DNA of 64,000 nucleotides, from assembly GCA_003693705.1 (NCBI GenBank), contig RBZT01000809.1:1-64000 (forward strand), given 5' to 3'. The DNA is from Polymyxa betae A26-41 (lineage: Eukaryota > Protista > Endomyxa: Phytomyxea). The notes beneath the pieces were generated by a model. The model had not been told where the DNA came from. It was given only the letters and a program-made list of their open reading frames with translations, and did not search any database. The number at the start of each line of letters is the position of its first letter. Within the stretch, counting starts at the first letter, position 1. The position numbers were made by a program, and so were the translations under genes. This document shows positions 37,353 to 53,458 of the stretch, piece after piece.

Positions 37353-38432
37353 TTAATACATATGCATCATGATTCGTTCCCGAATCAGAGGCAATTCGTC
37401 GCCTAATAAACCAGAATTGTTGACCACGGCGGCAAGCAGACTCTGCACGCCGATTGAACCGCCCCTGTCTTCCCTGTTGATAGAATCATTCTGCGGGCGC
37501 CTGGAACGATCGCTGATAGCGAATTTGACTGTCTGATCTAAAATTTTTCGTAGATGCTGCTCAAGGCCGAACATCAAGGCCGATACAGCATCATCAGACA
37601 CAGTTTTGATTCCAGCCTCACGAGCCCGCCTCAGAATAGTATCCCGAATCTGAACGCAATCGTTTGAGGATGAGGCGTCCTCGCCTTTCAGATAATCACG
37701 ATGCATTCCTGGAACGCCAACGTGCTGCATGGAAACATGTGGAAGTTCAGACAGTGAAGTATTCGGTAAAGGTTGTTCGAATTGAGATACGGCGAGACGC
37801 TGCGTGAAAGGATTCAGAACCGGTTCGGGCTTCTTTTTCTTGGAAGATTTGGCGGCTTTGGCTTGAACTGAGTTTGGGGGATGTGCCGTGGAACTGATGG
37901 CCAACGATGGCATGGAGGGAGCAGGCGTTAATGGGGCGAGTTCTCCAGTCAGAATCGGGCTAGGACTGGCTTTTATAGCGACCAGCGGCGTCTCTTCCAT
38001 CGGAGACATACTTGGAGACGAACCAGAAGCTGCAATCCAGTCAATATCCACATCGAATTCAATTGAAAGCGAACCTGTCGGTTGCTTTTTCGAGGGTGGC
38101 AATTCTGTACTATTAGCATTGTAAAGAATTGCACAGAAGAAATCGTTATGAAGTCGCATATTATCGATTCCAAGAGTGGAGATAACGATCTCGTAGAATT
38201 CGATTCTCGAAATTTTCGACGACAAATACTGAAGTACTGCCGACCAATATTCGGCCTGATTAGGGCCTAATGCCGCATCAAGACGCCGTTTCTTCTCCAT
38301 GGTGTCAAGACGCCCCACGGCCGGTACCATCACCTTCACCTTCGCTGTAGGCTGGATGGAAGGTGAGGTGGCCGGCGGCTGAGCGGTCAGGGCCTGGGCC
38401 GACGGCATCTCGACGTTCAGGTCGAGATCCAT
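37353..38432 (-). CDS. TADA1: SAGA complex subunit Ada1/Tada1, intronless
   Basis: YWSAVLQYLSSKISRIEF..LHNDFFCAILYNA and C-terminal histone fold AREAGIKTVSDDAVSALMFGLEQHLRKIL. Confidence 0.85.
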   Translation of the reverse strand: MDLDLNVEMPSAQALTAQPPATSPSIQPTAKVKVMVPAVGRLDTMEKKRRLDAALGPNQAEYWSAVLQYLSSKISRIEFYEIVISTLGIDNMRLHNDFFCAILYNANSTELPPSKKQPTGSLSIEFDVDIDWIAASGSSPSMSPMEETPLVAIKASPSPILTGELAPLTPAPSMPSLAISSTAHPPNSVQAKAAKSSKKKKPEPVLNPFTQRLAVSQFEQPLPNTSLSELPHVSMQHVGVPGMHRDYLKGEDASSSNDCVQIRDTILRRAREAGIKTVSDDAVSALMFGLEQHLRKILDQTVKFAISDRSRRPQNDSINREDRGGSIGVQSLLAAVVNNSGLLGDELPLIRERIMMHMY

Positions 38433-38642
38433 GGCTGCATGAACGCGCCCAACTACGCTCTTTTTGTCCAAAGATCCACAAAAGGATACGCCGCCGAATC
38501 CGATCATACAGCTTGCTCAATGGAGAACCATGAAAGCGATAGTCAGAAAAACCAGCGACAAGAAGTCCAAGAAAGATGTGAATGAATTTATTATTACTGG
38601 AAAACGACCAGCTTGAAAGAAAAGAGAAGACTGCTACAACAG

Positions 38643-41022
38643 TTAATTTCTTCTCTTTCTCTTCATGGACTGCTTCTTGTTATTTTGATTTTCTGTAACA
38701 ACTTGACGGTTACGCTTGCGACCAGCCGAATTACTGGGTGTGTTCTAAATACAAGGTTAGAAAGCACATAGCAAGATACCATCATGGGTTGACCTGGTCA
38801 CTGAAAGCACGCTTCTTTGGAGTTCCGTTGTTACCAGTGAAGCTCTGTTTTCTGGGTTTTTGATTCGGTTGGCCTTTCTTAGAACTCGGAGTCTGGCCTT
38901 TCTTCTCGGAGGCTTTCTGTGTGTGTGCATCAGGCTGTTTCTTGGCAGGCACCCAAGACATTGTGACTCCTGATCGGTTGAATACAGGGCGTTGCTTATT
39001 CAGAGATTTTGCAATAGCGATAATGTTTTGCAATCCTTGGATCGGAGCCTGGAGCTTATTAACAGACTCTCTAAACAATCGTCAGCAAGCCACGTTAACA
39101 TGTAAACCCCAATGCAACCTGATTTCCTGTTTTTGCTTGCCATCGTTTGACGAAGCTATTAACTTCTTGTAATCATCTGATGTCTTCGTTAAGGTTGCAA
39201 GCTGTGCAGCTGCCTCGCTACAACTGACTTAATAAGGTGATAAGCAATAACAGGGCCATCATACGTGTTTAAGCTTGAAATAACGCTCCGGAACGACTCT
39301 CTTTTTGCCGTCAAATCTGCTCTGAAATCGGACGGTTGACCTGTTGGAACGAAAACACCAAGAACTGATTTGACAGTAGCCGCGTTCTTCGAGCACAAAG
39401 AAACGAAGGACACCAAAACACATTCAATCTCGAATATCTGAATTGCAACCGACAATGTCTTGGGCCTTGAACTCAGCGTTTGTAATAACTCCCAAAACTT
39501 CGGAATCGTCTCTGCAGCTTGAGAATCGCTGACTTTCTCTGATGCATAGGTCAGCATTTTAAGAAACATCGACATGGATGGTGAGAGATCTAAAGATACA
39601 TCCATATAAACAGAAGTGCCAGAAAGAGCTACATGATCTACCTGCAGGAAGGTTCGGATTCCAAAGCGAAATGAAATGGTTCGTAAAGAAAGTGATGTAG
39701 GCTGCACTCGTCGCAGGTCCCTTTGCACCCGGTGCCCCGAGCTTCTTCCAAATAGCGCCAAAGTATTGCAGCAATTCGGAGAAAGGCAACGATTTCGCAT
39801 TCAATTGCTTTTCAAAACATTCTATCACCGCCTATGCGAAATTGAATGGAAAGTATAGTAAACTCACAAAAAACATGCCACAAAAAGAGACTGTTCGATT
39901 TTTTCATACCGAGGCCAATACATCAATAGAGGCGGGCTCCGTCCTTGATAGCTTAACATCTTTGGCAGTCTCAATGAAAAATTCTGCATCCGACAAAGGA
40001 AGCAGAGGTCCGGTTGCATTTAAAAACAAAACGCGCAACTGAGCGAACAGCGTCCGTTGATGATTGACGTTCTGGGTGAAAAACGACTCTTTGATGATCG
40101 ATTGGAGCTGTTCACGAAGAAAAGCCAACTGCATGCTTCGTAGTGACTCCGGCGTCTCTGCATAAAATCAGACAGAGCTAACAGAAAGTAAGCGAAATCC
40201 AACCTGCGTTAGTGATCAAGTCCACGAGAGTGACAAGTGCTGCAGAAAAGTCGACCCGAATAGTACCAGCAAAGGCAGCTTGAACAGCTTTAAGCTCTGA
40301 CAAAACAATCGTCAAAACTCGTGGAAACAGAGAAGGCAAAATGCGGAAGATAAAATCTCTAAGAACCATCAAATATAAAATTACCAACCCGCTCCGTCTT
40401 CGGTACCAAGCAATTGTCCAAGAACGTCCGATATTCTTCCAACATTACTGGGAGCTTTCTCACAGAATCGCTGAAGACCACGAACAGCGGAAATTCGTAC
40501 TGTAGGCTGGAAATGACATCAGAAAAGACATCGAGAAGCTGGTCTGCAAGACTGACTTCCGAATCTTCGCACAGATCCAGCATTGCATTCATGGACGGTT
40601 CAGAGGAGAACCAATGCAGATAGTTCGGAATTTCAGAAGCAAGTAAGTTTCGAACCTAAAGAAGATATAAAATCAGAATAATGCATATTAACATGATATC
40701 CACAAAACTCAGAAAAAGCTTTAGCTAGTCGAATTTTGCAACAATTAGCAATAGTATCGACTAAAACCGCTTTACAAAAGTTTATCAGATTACAAGAAAA
40801 ATATAATACGAAATGTTGACTATGGATATTTAAGTTCATAGAAACATGAAACAAAAGTGGAATTACTCTGATATCAGGATCATGAACATGGGCGATCAGG
40901 GTGTTGAAATGAGGCTCGACAGCCGCAACTGCAGACGAAGTAGCGATGGCTCCAGATAACTCGACGTCCTTGAGCTTCTCAAGGGCAACATAGATCTGAT
41001 CAATACCTCTCTCGGCCGTCAT
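38643..41022 (-). CDS. API5: Apoptosis inhibitor 5 (API5)-like HEAT protein, multi-exon
   Basis: MNAMLDLCEDSEV, IECVL..TGQPSD, NIIAIAKSL..VTMSW and a basic C-terminal tail. Confidence 0.8.
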
Positions 41023-41167
41023 TGCAAACGACAAAGTGACGCCCTGAACTTAAATCTGGCCACCTCAGGGCAAGAAAGGCGAATTTTTCGCCTTATGAGA
41101 GCAGCCCATTGAACGAGGCTGCGCGTAATTTAATCCTCTTCAAAGTTCAAACCAACGCAGATTGAGA

Positions 41168-41340
41168 TTAGAGTAATATTTTATTATGGGAAATCGGAGT
41201 CGCGTCAAACATTGTACCTGCTTTAACAAAGCAAATTTTCAAAGCCTTCAAACCAGATGCATACTTGAGTAATGTTTTATTATGGGAAATCGGAGTCGTG
41301 TTAATCATTGCGCCAGCTTTAACAAAGCAAATTATCAAAA
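41168..41340 (-). pseudogene. Degenerate ankyrin-repeat remnant (96-bp tandem duplication)
   Basis: Two ~75-bp copies with period 96 translate as FVKAGAMINTTPISHNKTLLKYA and FVKAGTMFDATPISHNKILL*. Confidence 0.45.
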
Positions 41341-43672
41341 CAGCAATAAAAAGCAGAGATTGTGACAACGCTTCTTCCTTGTGGAGGTAATGGGATGCGC
41401 TTTCCAAATGATGGCTTTCGCTGTTGCCAAGAAGTCGAATTTTCAAGGTAGCACTTTTGAAATTCCCGTAAAAGTGCGAGTTTGATCTGGTGAAGTGCAT
41501 AAAGGTGATGAGATGACTATTGAAACAACCAAATTGACTGGACCTGAGATGACATTATCCCAAATAAGACATGAGACCTCAATAAACGTCCCTATTTAGA
41601 ATATTGTACTTGTGCTATTAGGTGGAGAAATAATGAATTATCTCCGACCTCTGTTTGCTGACAAAGGAGACGCTTACCCTTGGATTCACGCCTTCAAACG
41701 CGAGATCACACCGATCAGCGAGCTTAGTAACTAAGGTAAGGAAATAAGTGCGGGAAGACATTGAAGATTTCATAAGGAAATAAACGTGCGGGAATACACT
41801 GAAGATAATGCCTATTCGATGGATAATGAAGCAGCAACTTCTGACTGAGCTCAGGAAAGGATCAGCTTGACCAACGCCAGGACATCATTATTGATGATAC
41901 ACACCGGCTCCCAGGTGCGATCCTTCAAACCCCAGCAACACATCTAAGAATTCGAAACCGGCCACTTTGTGCACTTGAACGAACATCAACTATAGAATGA
42001 ACATCATCACCACGTCCGGGTTATTGGCTGCTGATGACGTAGGTCTTCCATAACATTTTAACGAACTCCTTTGAAAAAACCGAAGCCGGGATATATGGGT
42101 CAATGTCTCGGAACCGCTGACAGTATCCTCGATCTTGTAAATCAAAGACTGACAGTATCAATTACTCGGTGAAGAATGCGGTTAGTAGGCAGGGCTGAGC
42201 CTTAGTACAGGCATCGAATAGTCTCTGCAGGATTGCCCTCAGAATTATGCGGTATTGCCATCCCTAAACGGTTCAGATGAGAACCAATGCCGATATAGTT
42301 TGTGTTCGAATGACGCAACTCTGAACCTAGAACAGTCAGAACCCATAGAGCGAACCGAGACCTCGATCCCTCGTCATTGCGAACAACTATCAATGCTCTG
42401 GAATTAAACAACAACAAAAATGAAACGCTCTCATTTGCTAATTAACCCAAAGAAGCAGGCGGCACCGAATGATGGCAATGACATGGCTAGTTCGAATTGT
42501 ATAAAAATTTACAATAAGAAAAGCCAGCTTTGAAGGTATCCGTTATTTCGCCTTTGTTCTTTTCTTGAAGGGAGATATTACCAGATTTTGCTCTCTAAAG
42601 TAATTAGCGATCATTGGCGTTGGTTGAGATAATCGCTGATCTCCATGGTTCTTTCCTCACCTGATCTGATAACATTATTTAAGTCGAGGCGTTAATTTGT
42701 TCTTAAGCTGTATATCCAGGTCTCACAGGATGCTATTAAAGGGCAATTAGAGAATCCATGATACGATCGATATTCAAATTGGCGATGAACAAATAACGGT
42801 CATCATTCAACCAAAGTACCATACAGATCGTTATGTGTTGTCGATGAATCGCTGCACCTGCTAGCAATCCTCTCTCATTTCACGCAGGCCAGAATCAGCC
42901 ACCGTCACGATATAAAGACCTCGCCTTATGAAAGCTCATACGTTTGATAACACTCTTCTTTCTTGATATAAATGCTTGTATTGCTCATCTTTCTCGATTA
43001 ACTCTGATTGCAGAAGAGGCAGTTTACGATTTTTGCGATGGCTGTTTCCGCCGTGATTGCTCTATTCGTGGTGGATAATGGGGACTTGTACCCACTAATC
43101 GATAAGACGAAAGATGACTGAGGCGCTTTTATTGGGTTTCTAGTTTACCTTCTTCGGCGCCGTCACCCTCAGTAGATGAAATTATTATATAAACTCATCA
43201 GTATCCTGTTTAATTGTGGAATGCAATATCATCTGTGCACTGTTTTTGAAGCAATTCAGGGCAATTCTCCCAAATCTGTCAAGAATCCAATTGATTTGAG
43301 TTTTTGGAATTGTTTCGTACTCTGAAAGCTCTGGCAAAGGGCTAACACTAAGAGATTCCAGATTCATTTCAATTACGTCGCATGATCATTATTGACTGCT
43401 TGTGAAAGAAGGCATTACCAGATTTCGTTCAGCAAACCTCGAAAAAATTGGTCGAAATCGCTCATGGCTTCAACGGATCGCTAATCATGAATAGACGGAG
43501 CTTTTCTAACCCGGACAATATTCATCGGCGAAAGCATCGGTATGTGTGTACAGCTTCCGCTGTAAGACAGGGAACGGAGACGAGCGTGATTGGTCAAGGC
43601 AATCTTTCAAAAATATGAACTTGCCAGCAAACACCGTTCCATCCAGGCAGCGTGTCTTTGTCATTTGTAATC

Positions 43673-44363
43673 ATGAGTTTGATATCAGCTGTGCTTAACG
43701 ACCCCTTCACCGACTTTGGCAATATGGAATTGCTTCAGCCGTTTATGGACTTGGGCATCGATACCGGGCAGCCGAACCGCTATCGTCATCATTACCATCG
43801 TCATCGTGCGCATCGCTATCAGCAAAGAGGACGCGGCGGCGGCGGTGGTGGCGGTGGTGAAAGTTTAAGGGCCGCTACGGCAGCCGCCAGTATTCTTCCA
43901 TTGTCGTCGACATTGAAAGAAGACGACGAAAAATTCGTAAGAGCTGTCAAGAATTGAAATATTCGCTAAAATTCTGCAGACATTATTGGTGGATATTCCA
44001 GGGCTAAGCAAAGAGCAATGCGCGCTGAGACTCGAGAACGATCTGCTCACGATCACGGCGACTCCGAAACGGGAGGGTGCCGAGATGATCACGGGCGGCG
44101 AAGAAGAGACTCCACTTGGCGGCGGAGGAACGAGAGAAGGCGTTGCCGGCGGGCAGCAGCTCAGTGAAGGCCGCGCCGCCGCTAAAGAGAAGATTGTCTG
44201 GTCAGAGCGACCGATGGAGCCCGCTGTCCGACAGATCCCAATTCCTGTGGGAGTTGAGCTTGGCAAGATCACAGCCAAAGAAGAACATGGCGTTCTCTAT
44301 GTCTGCATGCCCAAGGACCCGAACTTCCAGTCGAATCAGACGCGACGTATTGAAGTCGGTTAG
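43673..44363 (+). CDS. Small heat-shock protein (HSP20/alpha-crystallin), 2 exons
   Basis: LKEDDEKF|..VDIPGL..LENDLLTITA..ER..ITAKEEHGVLYVCMPK..RRIEV. The N-terminus is His/Gly-rich. Confidence 0.9.
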
Positions 44364-44417
44364 ACGATCTTACTAGGCTGCAGCGGATATGGAATAAAGA
44401 ACCTTTCGAGATTTATA

Positions 44418-45351
44418 TTATTGGTCGATATAGGGATATCCGGTAGCGCTGTCGATCTTCCTTAACAGTTTAAAGACGCTTTTCTTGCTTTCGATTTTGA
44501 GCGGAGTGAACTGAACCATGCTGAACTCTTCGACGAGATTGCAGATTGCAGCATTCAGTTTGGTATGCCTGGCCATCCACGAATCCGATTCCAGATGGGT
44601 TATTAAGTGTGAGAGATTTAAAACCTCTGTATAGAACTGCAACCCAAGCGCTAAACAAACATGTCAGGCTTACAGAAAGAAATGTTAGTGAATCGTACGC
44701 GGGCGTCCAAAGACCCGAAGCTGGTCCATTTTTGATAGAACATTGATGTGTGGAAGCTCGAGATACACCATCGCTGTTAATGATAACAGCAAAGCTGATA
44801 TAAATCTGGCAGAATCTAAACAATGGGCGACATCTACGAGATGAACGCAGGCGACTCTCCATTGCCAATCTTCAGCAATCGTTGTGAAGATGCTCTTCAT
44901 CGACAAATGTGCAGTGTAGAGCTCGACCTGTCCAGGACAATCGAACAGAATCCACTGGCGTTCGTAAGGCGCCAGGGCGTCCTTCAGCCACTGAATATTC
45001 TTTTCGAGATAGTCCATACAGAAAAGCAGACCGCCGTTTGGGCCCAACGGCTCCTGACCTTCCTCGTCAGTGCCATTCATGACATCATCGAGACGAATCA
45101 GGTCTTTGATGTCGACAGCACATTCGTATGGCAGTTGATCGTTCGCTGGGTCCAGATTCACGACAATACATTTTCGATTCAGCAATCGCATAAATTCTTG
45201 CATTCCTGGGAGATGGATTCAAACTGCTGGAAGCGAAATAATATTGGCGTGAAGTACCGGCAGCATAGGTGCTTTTACCAGCACCAGGCGTCCCGACCAC
45301 GAACTGAACATAGGTGTTATCGAGAATGCTAGACGCCACGTTCTCTGCCAT
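44418..45351 (-). CDS. GPN2: GPN-loop GTPase 2
   Basis: GTPGAGKST, VNLDPAN, LGPNGG, FDCPGQVELY, PHINVLSKMD. Confidence 0.93.
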
Positions 45352-45450
45352 CCATGCAATCGCAGAATGTTGAATTCCTAAAATTGCGAACAAGGCATCT
45401 CCAGGGATTTTTTTTTTCGAAAATTGGCAACATCCTAGTATCAGTACTAA

Positions 45451-45499
45451 AAACTGCGCAACATTTTGAAACTGCGCCGCATTTAGAAACTGCGCCACA
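45451..45499. promoter_or_regulatory. Three 18-bp-period repeats (AAACTGCGC core) in the GPN2/VTI1 divergent spacer
   Basis: Cores start at 45451, 45469 and 45487. A regulatory role is inferred from position only. Confidence 0.4.
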
Positions 45500-45578
45500 G
45501 ACCAATGTTATGGTTTTAATCTTGTTGCGTTGTGACCATAGACATTGGGATTAGGTAGGATTCTTTCATACGTCTTCG

Positions 45579-46408
45579 ATGCAATCGCCTCAGACCATCT
45601 TTGAGCAATTCGAGGCGAGCTATCACGAACTTGGCAAATCACTCAGTGGGAAAACATCACGGATCGCCCAGAATCGTGACGGTTGGCATCTTGAGGATAC
45701 TGCAATCTTGTCAAACTTAACTGACAAGTAGGATCAAATCTTGATCTAGTCAGAGATGCAGAAGCTGACGTCGACGCCATGACTTCCTTGGTTCGATTTT
45801 TTTGTTCCGCATTCGATTTCGTTTCTGACTGCATCATCAGCTGATCCAAATGGATAAAGACATCGTGCAATTTCCTTTCCATATGAAGACGAAATATGAT
45901 CCTATGCTTAGAAGGTTAAAAACTGCTTTTGCTGGTCAAAAGCAGGATCTTCAAAGGCTTGTTGATACTCAAGTGTTGAAAGCGCCTGATAACGTATGGC
46001 TGGCATCAGCATTGTTTGTTATCTCGCCTCAACCGTTCTTGTAGAGCCGTGCACAGATTCTGGCAACGAAGAACGCATCCAACCGTGTTGACCAGAGGCT
46101 AGATGGCATCCTTTCCACCAATGAAGAATCCGAGCAAATCGGTACAAATGTTTCCGTGAGGTTGAGGGAGCAACGGGAACAGCTTCTGCACTCTCGTGAT
46201 GGTATCGATAATATCGAAGCAGTGGTTACTCAAGCCAAGTCAATCATGTCTCGAATGGGTTAGTTTTGGCTTATGTTTGGGCTTCAAATGGAGCTCTGAT
46301 ATGGCATTAGGAAGACGGGTTGTGACCGATAAGATGATCCAAGGAGTTATTATTCTCTTGGAATTGTTTGTTATCGGAGTAATCCTTTTACGAAAATTCT
46401 TGCATTGA
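45579..46408 (+). CDS. VTI1: Qb-SNARE Vti1
   Basis: IFEQFEASY Habc start, SNARE motif EQIGTNVSVRLREQREQLLHSR and C-terminal TM. Confidence 0.85.
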
Positions 46409-46473
46409 CGCAAATCCATACATCTGCATATTTTAATGTTATAGGTATAAATATATAAATATATTTTAAAGGA

Positions 46474-49706
<3,233 letters not shown>

Positions 49707-49814
49707 TGGCCAGGAAAGGCCTGGGCCGGGATCGATGATCGGGCCAGGATATGTTATGCCGCCGTCAGCAATCCAATTTACACCTGCTGATGGTCCGGTC
49801 CGGAATCCGTCATA

Positions 49815-49839
49815 TCTCTCTCTCTCTTTCTCTCTCTCT
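49815..49839. repeat. (CT)n microsatellite upstream of VPS34
   Basis: Interrupted TCTCTC... run. Confidence 0.8.
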
Positions 49840-50130
49840 CGTTAAGACTGGTTCGAATCTGCTTACAATCGGCATTATTCTCTAACCTATGGTCGCTGTT
49901 CATAAAATAACGGCCCGAAGATCCTCCATGGCTCTGCGTCTGGATTCGTGGTTGGATGAATTCGATAATCACTGGCAGATATTGTGATCTGAAATCATCG
50001 TTTGAGACCTTCATCGCCACCTGGGGTGCATTTGCTAGCCTGGAAAAGCCATCTCACATTGTCTATCAAATCTGTTCGGCCAGCAGCCGTTATGCCATCA
50101 GAACAGACCGAGGCTATCTTGAGGACAGAG

Positions 50131-50463
50131 TTACAAAGGTCTTTTATTGTGGTCAGACAGAGCTTTAAAGTTGCCAGCCGAGGTGGACCTGCTATGGGAT
50201 CGAGACGATCCCTGCGACCGGCCAAGGTGTAGATTCTGACCAGTTGGAAACCCTGTTGGGATGATCGGTGACGGTGCAGTAGGCGTCCGAAGGAGCATGA
50301 AGGCGACGAAAGCCACGACAAGCCCATTGACCATCCCCAAGAAACAGATCAGAACAAGCACCGAGAGCAGGTGCTGAGGACGAATGGGCGTCCCCATTGC
50401 CGTCAGATGAGGTAAACCGAACCAATTAGAATGTAAGAACGAATCAAGCGTCAATTCTGGCAT
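50131..50463 (-). CDS. Small membrane protein (FAM241/DUF4605-like pattern)
   Basis: 110 aa with a hydrophobic hairpin LLSVLVLICFLGMVNGLVVAFVAFML and a low-complexity tail. Confidence 0.45.
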   Translation of the reverse strand: MPELTLDSFLHSNWFGLPHLTAMGTPIRPQHLLSVLVLICFLGMVNGLVVAFVAFMLLRTPTAPSPIIPTGFPTGQNLHLGRSQGSSRSHSRSTSAGNFKALSDHNKRPL

Positions 50464-50818
50464 CGAGGTCGCCGCCGTTGGAATCGCCTGCAGCCATTAG
50501 GGCACTTCCACCACAACCGATTGGAACGTACGTTCTCTGCATATGACGATCTTCGCGAGCTGGGCGGCGCGAATCTGTTGTCGTCGCGAACGATCTTGCC
50601 ATCGACGATCCGCACCATGTATGGATTAGAACCGTTCGGCTTTGTACGGATTATGCAGTACCGAAATATCTTATGAAGAAACGGATTGCCTTTTTTTATT
50701 TCTGGAATGTTCTTTTAATCTAGTTTTTAAGCAATGACGATATGCTTAGCACATTATCCATCCCGGTTCCAGAAATGCAAACTGTTTGCAAACTGGAATT
50801 TTGCAAAGGTTTTTGGAT

Positions 50819-51640
50819 TCACTTTGCCATTACATTTTCGGCAATCAGCTCGAAAGTATCTCCATCATAGATGTCCACGTCGACATCACCTAGTTTGATA
50901 CTGGTGGACAATACTGATGCCGGCGGGTCCCGAACTGGTCGTAATGACAGATGCCGTCCAGACGCAAGGTGATTTTCATTTCGAATTTGACCCAGGCGGC
51001 AGATCTGCTCGATTGCATCGCCAATAGTCTTTCTTTTGTCCAGATAAATGTGCAATAATTCAGCACGACCAGCCTGTTTCGTATCAACAGATATATAAAG
51101 ACGGTGCTCCATGGGGATGCTCTCGTTTCCAACAGCTTTGAATTTGATCTTCATTCGATTCACAAGCGCTTGCGCTTTCGCCGATTTCGCTTTCTTAGTG
51201 GAGTTCGGTTGTTTGTCATCTGGTTTGGAATCAGTTTGTCCTAACCGCGATCTTGCTTCTTTGATGGCCGCGAGACCGCGACCAGAAATAGGTCTCTCAT
51301 TCTGATTCAGTAGTTTCGAGCAATGATGATCCTCGGCTAAACGATGCTCTACACAAACAGGTTTCTCACACATTCCGCATTGGAGATCGACTTTCGAATT
51401 CGTGGCCTGGCAAATATGGCATGGTGAATGTTGCAGAATTGGAACTTTCGCCAATGCCGTCCCTGAGCTTGACACACAGCCATGGCTGGAATGGCGAGAA
51501 CAGAATAGGCCCTGACAAACACTACAGGGAACGGGCAGATAATCTACGATCCGTGATCAGAATGCATGCTGATGACGGAGAACCTGCAGACCTTGCTGTC
51601 CACAAGCTTGACAATGACGGCCAGCGTGAGCGAATTCCAT
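50819..51640 (-). CDS. ZFAND1: AN1-type zinc finger protein with ubiquitin-like C-terminus (ZFAND1/Cuz1)
   Basis: MEFAHAGRHCQACGQQ|DYLPVPC..FCSRH, a second AN1 finger CVEHRLAEDHHC, and MKIKFKAVGNESIPMEHRLY. Confidence 0.88.
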
Positions 51641-52298
51641 CCCGTATCTCTATGAAGATAGCGGAAGCTTTAAAGAATCTGCACACAGCACACCTCAATC
51701 ACCTGATTTTCATTTATTAATGTATCTCACATTCGTTGTTTGGAGTTAATTCATTACCTGTAATTACTTTCAATTAATAACACAGCCTGTGATCAATTTG
51801 TCTTGTGGTGTTTTCGGCGTTCCGATCGAGACTAATTGCACATCACTTTTTAAGCTGTTTTTCAAAGGAATGTCACTATAATGCTTCCAATTGACAAACC
51901 ATTAAGAGCCGTCGCGACCGTGTATGCCTCCATCTAGAGGCTTGTTCCGAACAGGCATGTATTATGACTGAATGATCAATAATCTCCACAAAACACAATT
52001 CAGCATTTGAGTCGTTGGCATGCGATCAAATTCTTTAGTGAAGTTACTGGATGGCACAGCGATCGGCAGTCTTTTTCTCGACTGAAACTCATTGTAAGGC
52101 TTACGACAAACAAAGTTTTGACAGCCATCCAACAGACACCAAAATTCTCGGATCTACAACCAATCTCGAGACAGAGATTCATCTGGTTTCTATTTATCAA
52201 CCATCAATTCTTAGCTCGAGAGAGAGATCTTTCTCAGTCATTCTGTTGTCATTCGTAGCAATCGAGTCGATATATTCAAACAGGTCGCGCAATCTTCA

Positions 52299-53123
52299 AT
52301 GTCGGGTTCGATTCCAAAGGAACACAACTACAATTTCGAAGTGGATAATGGCGTCTTGGTAAGCGTTGCTCAAGACCCGCTAGCGAAGCTCGGTGCCGGC
52401 ATCGGCAGCACAGTTTGGGATGCCGGCTTGTGTCTAGCTGGCTTTGCATATGCTGCCCAACGTCATTCGCGACTCTCAATCAGCAGCATAAGAAATGCCA
52501 TCGAGCTTGGAGCTGGAACTGGCATTGTATGAATTCGTGTTCCCCTGCTCTATTTCTCTTTATGTTTAACAGGTAGGCCTGGCTTTCTCCAAGCTAGGTG
52601 CAGGACGCCTTATCCTAACTGATGTGCCGAATTGTCTCCCATTACTTCAACATAATATTGACATGAACCAGCAATCTGATAAAGTCCAAGCCCTGCCATT
52701 AACCTGGGGCGATAGGAGTCATATTGATTGTATTCGGTAGCTTTGTTGCATAGGTTTATTGCTCCCATCTGACAGCGCTCAGAAGTCAAATTTCTCCTGA
52801 TGCTTTAGACCTGATTATTTGCTCGGATCTGTTCGCATGGCCCAAGCTTTATAAAGTAGGAGGACAAAAACTTCGAATCCTTCTCTCAATTATGGTATCA
52901 GAGCTTATTAGCTACGATTTTAGAAATAGCTGGGCCACAAACACGTGTATTAATGGCTTACGAAGAGCGAAACACCGTTCAAGAGGGAGGGTTTTTTCGA
53001 ATGCTTCACGAGCATTTCGTTATCCGGGAAATCGACCCTTCACTACTTCATGAAGAATATCGGGCTAGCGAATTGCACATCTTCGAAGCCTATCGTCGTC
53101 AAGAGACTGAACCCCAGGCATAA
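52299..53123 (+). CDS. METTL21-family protein lysine methyltransferase (Methyltransf_16)
   Basis: GSTVWDAG, AIELGAGTGI|VGL, LTD, LTWG, ICSDL, MAYEER. Confidence 0.88.
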
Positions 53124-53458
53124 ATTTTCTTACTTGCATGCTTTACATAATCATCAAGTTCTGCATTGCATTGAAGCTTGTGCTGGGTTTCCTTGCTATA
53201 AATTATCGCGAAAGCCATTCCAGGTTTTTATCTGACAGTGTCTTACTACCATTCAGCAGGTTTCTTTGGATTTTTTCAAGTCGATTTTATTCAAATAAAG
53301 AAGGAGTCTGTTGGAGGAACATTGAGCGGGTTGCTCCGCTGACTCTGTGCGGGAGGCCTCCTGATCGAAATTGTCTTGTTCGATTTTGCGCGCCGCATTG
53401 TGCTAGTTTGAAAAACGAAGCTCACACTGAGCTGCTTTACCTTCGACTCGTCCGAATT

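Noticed and set aside
41168-41340. Direct repeats as a CRISPR-like array
   Set aside because: Eukaryotic context, only two copies, and the period is a multiple of three with an ankyrin-like translation.
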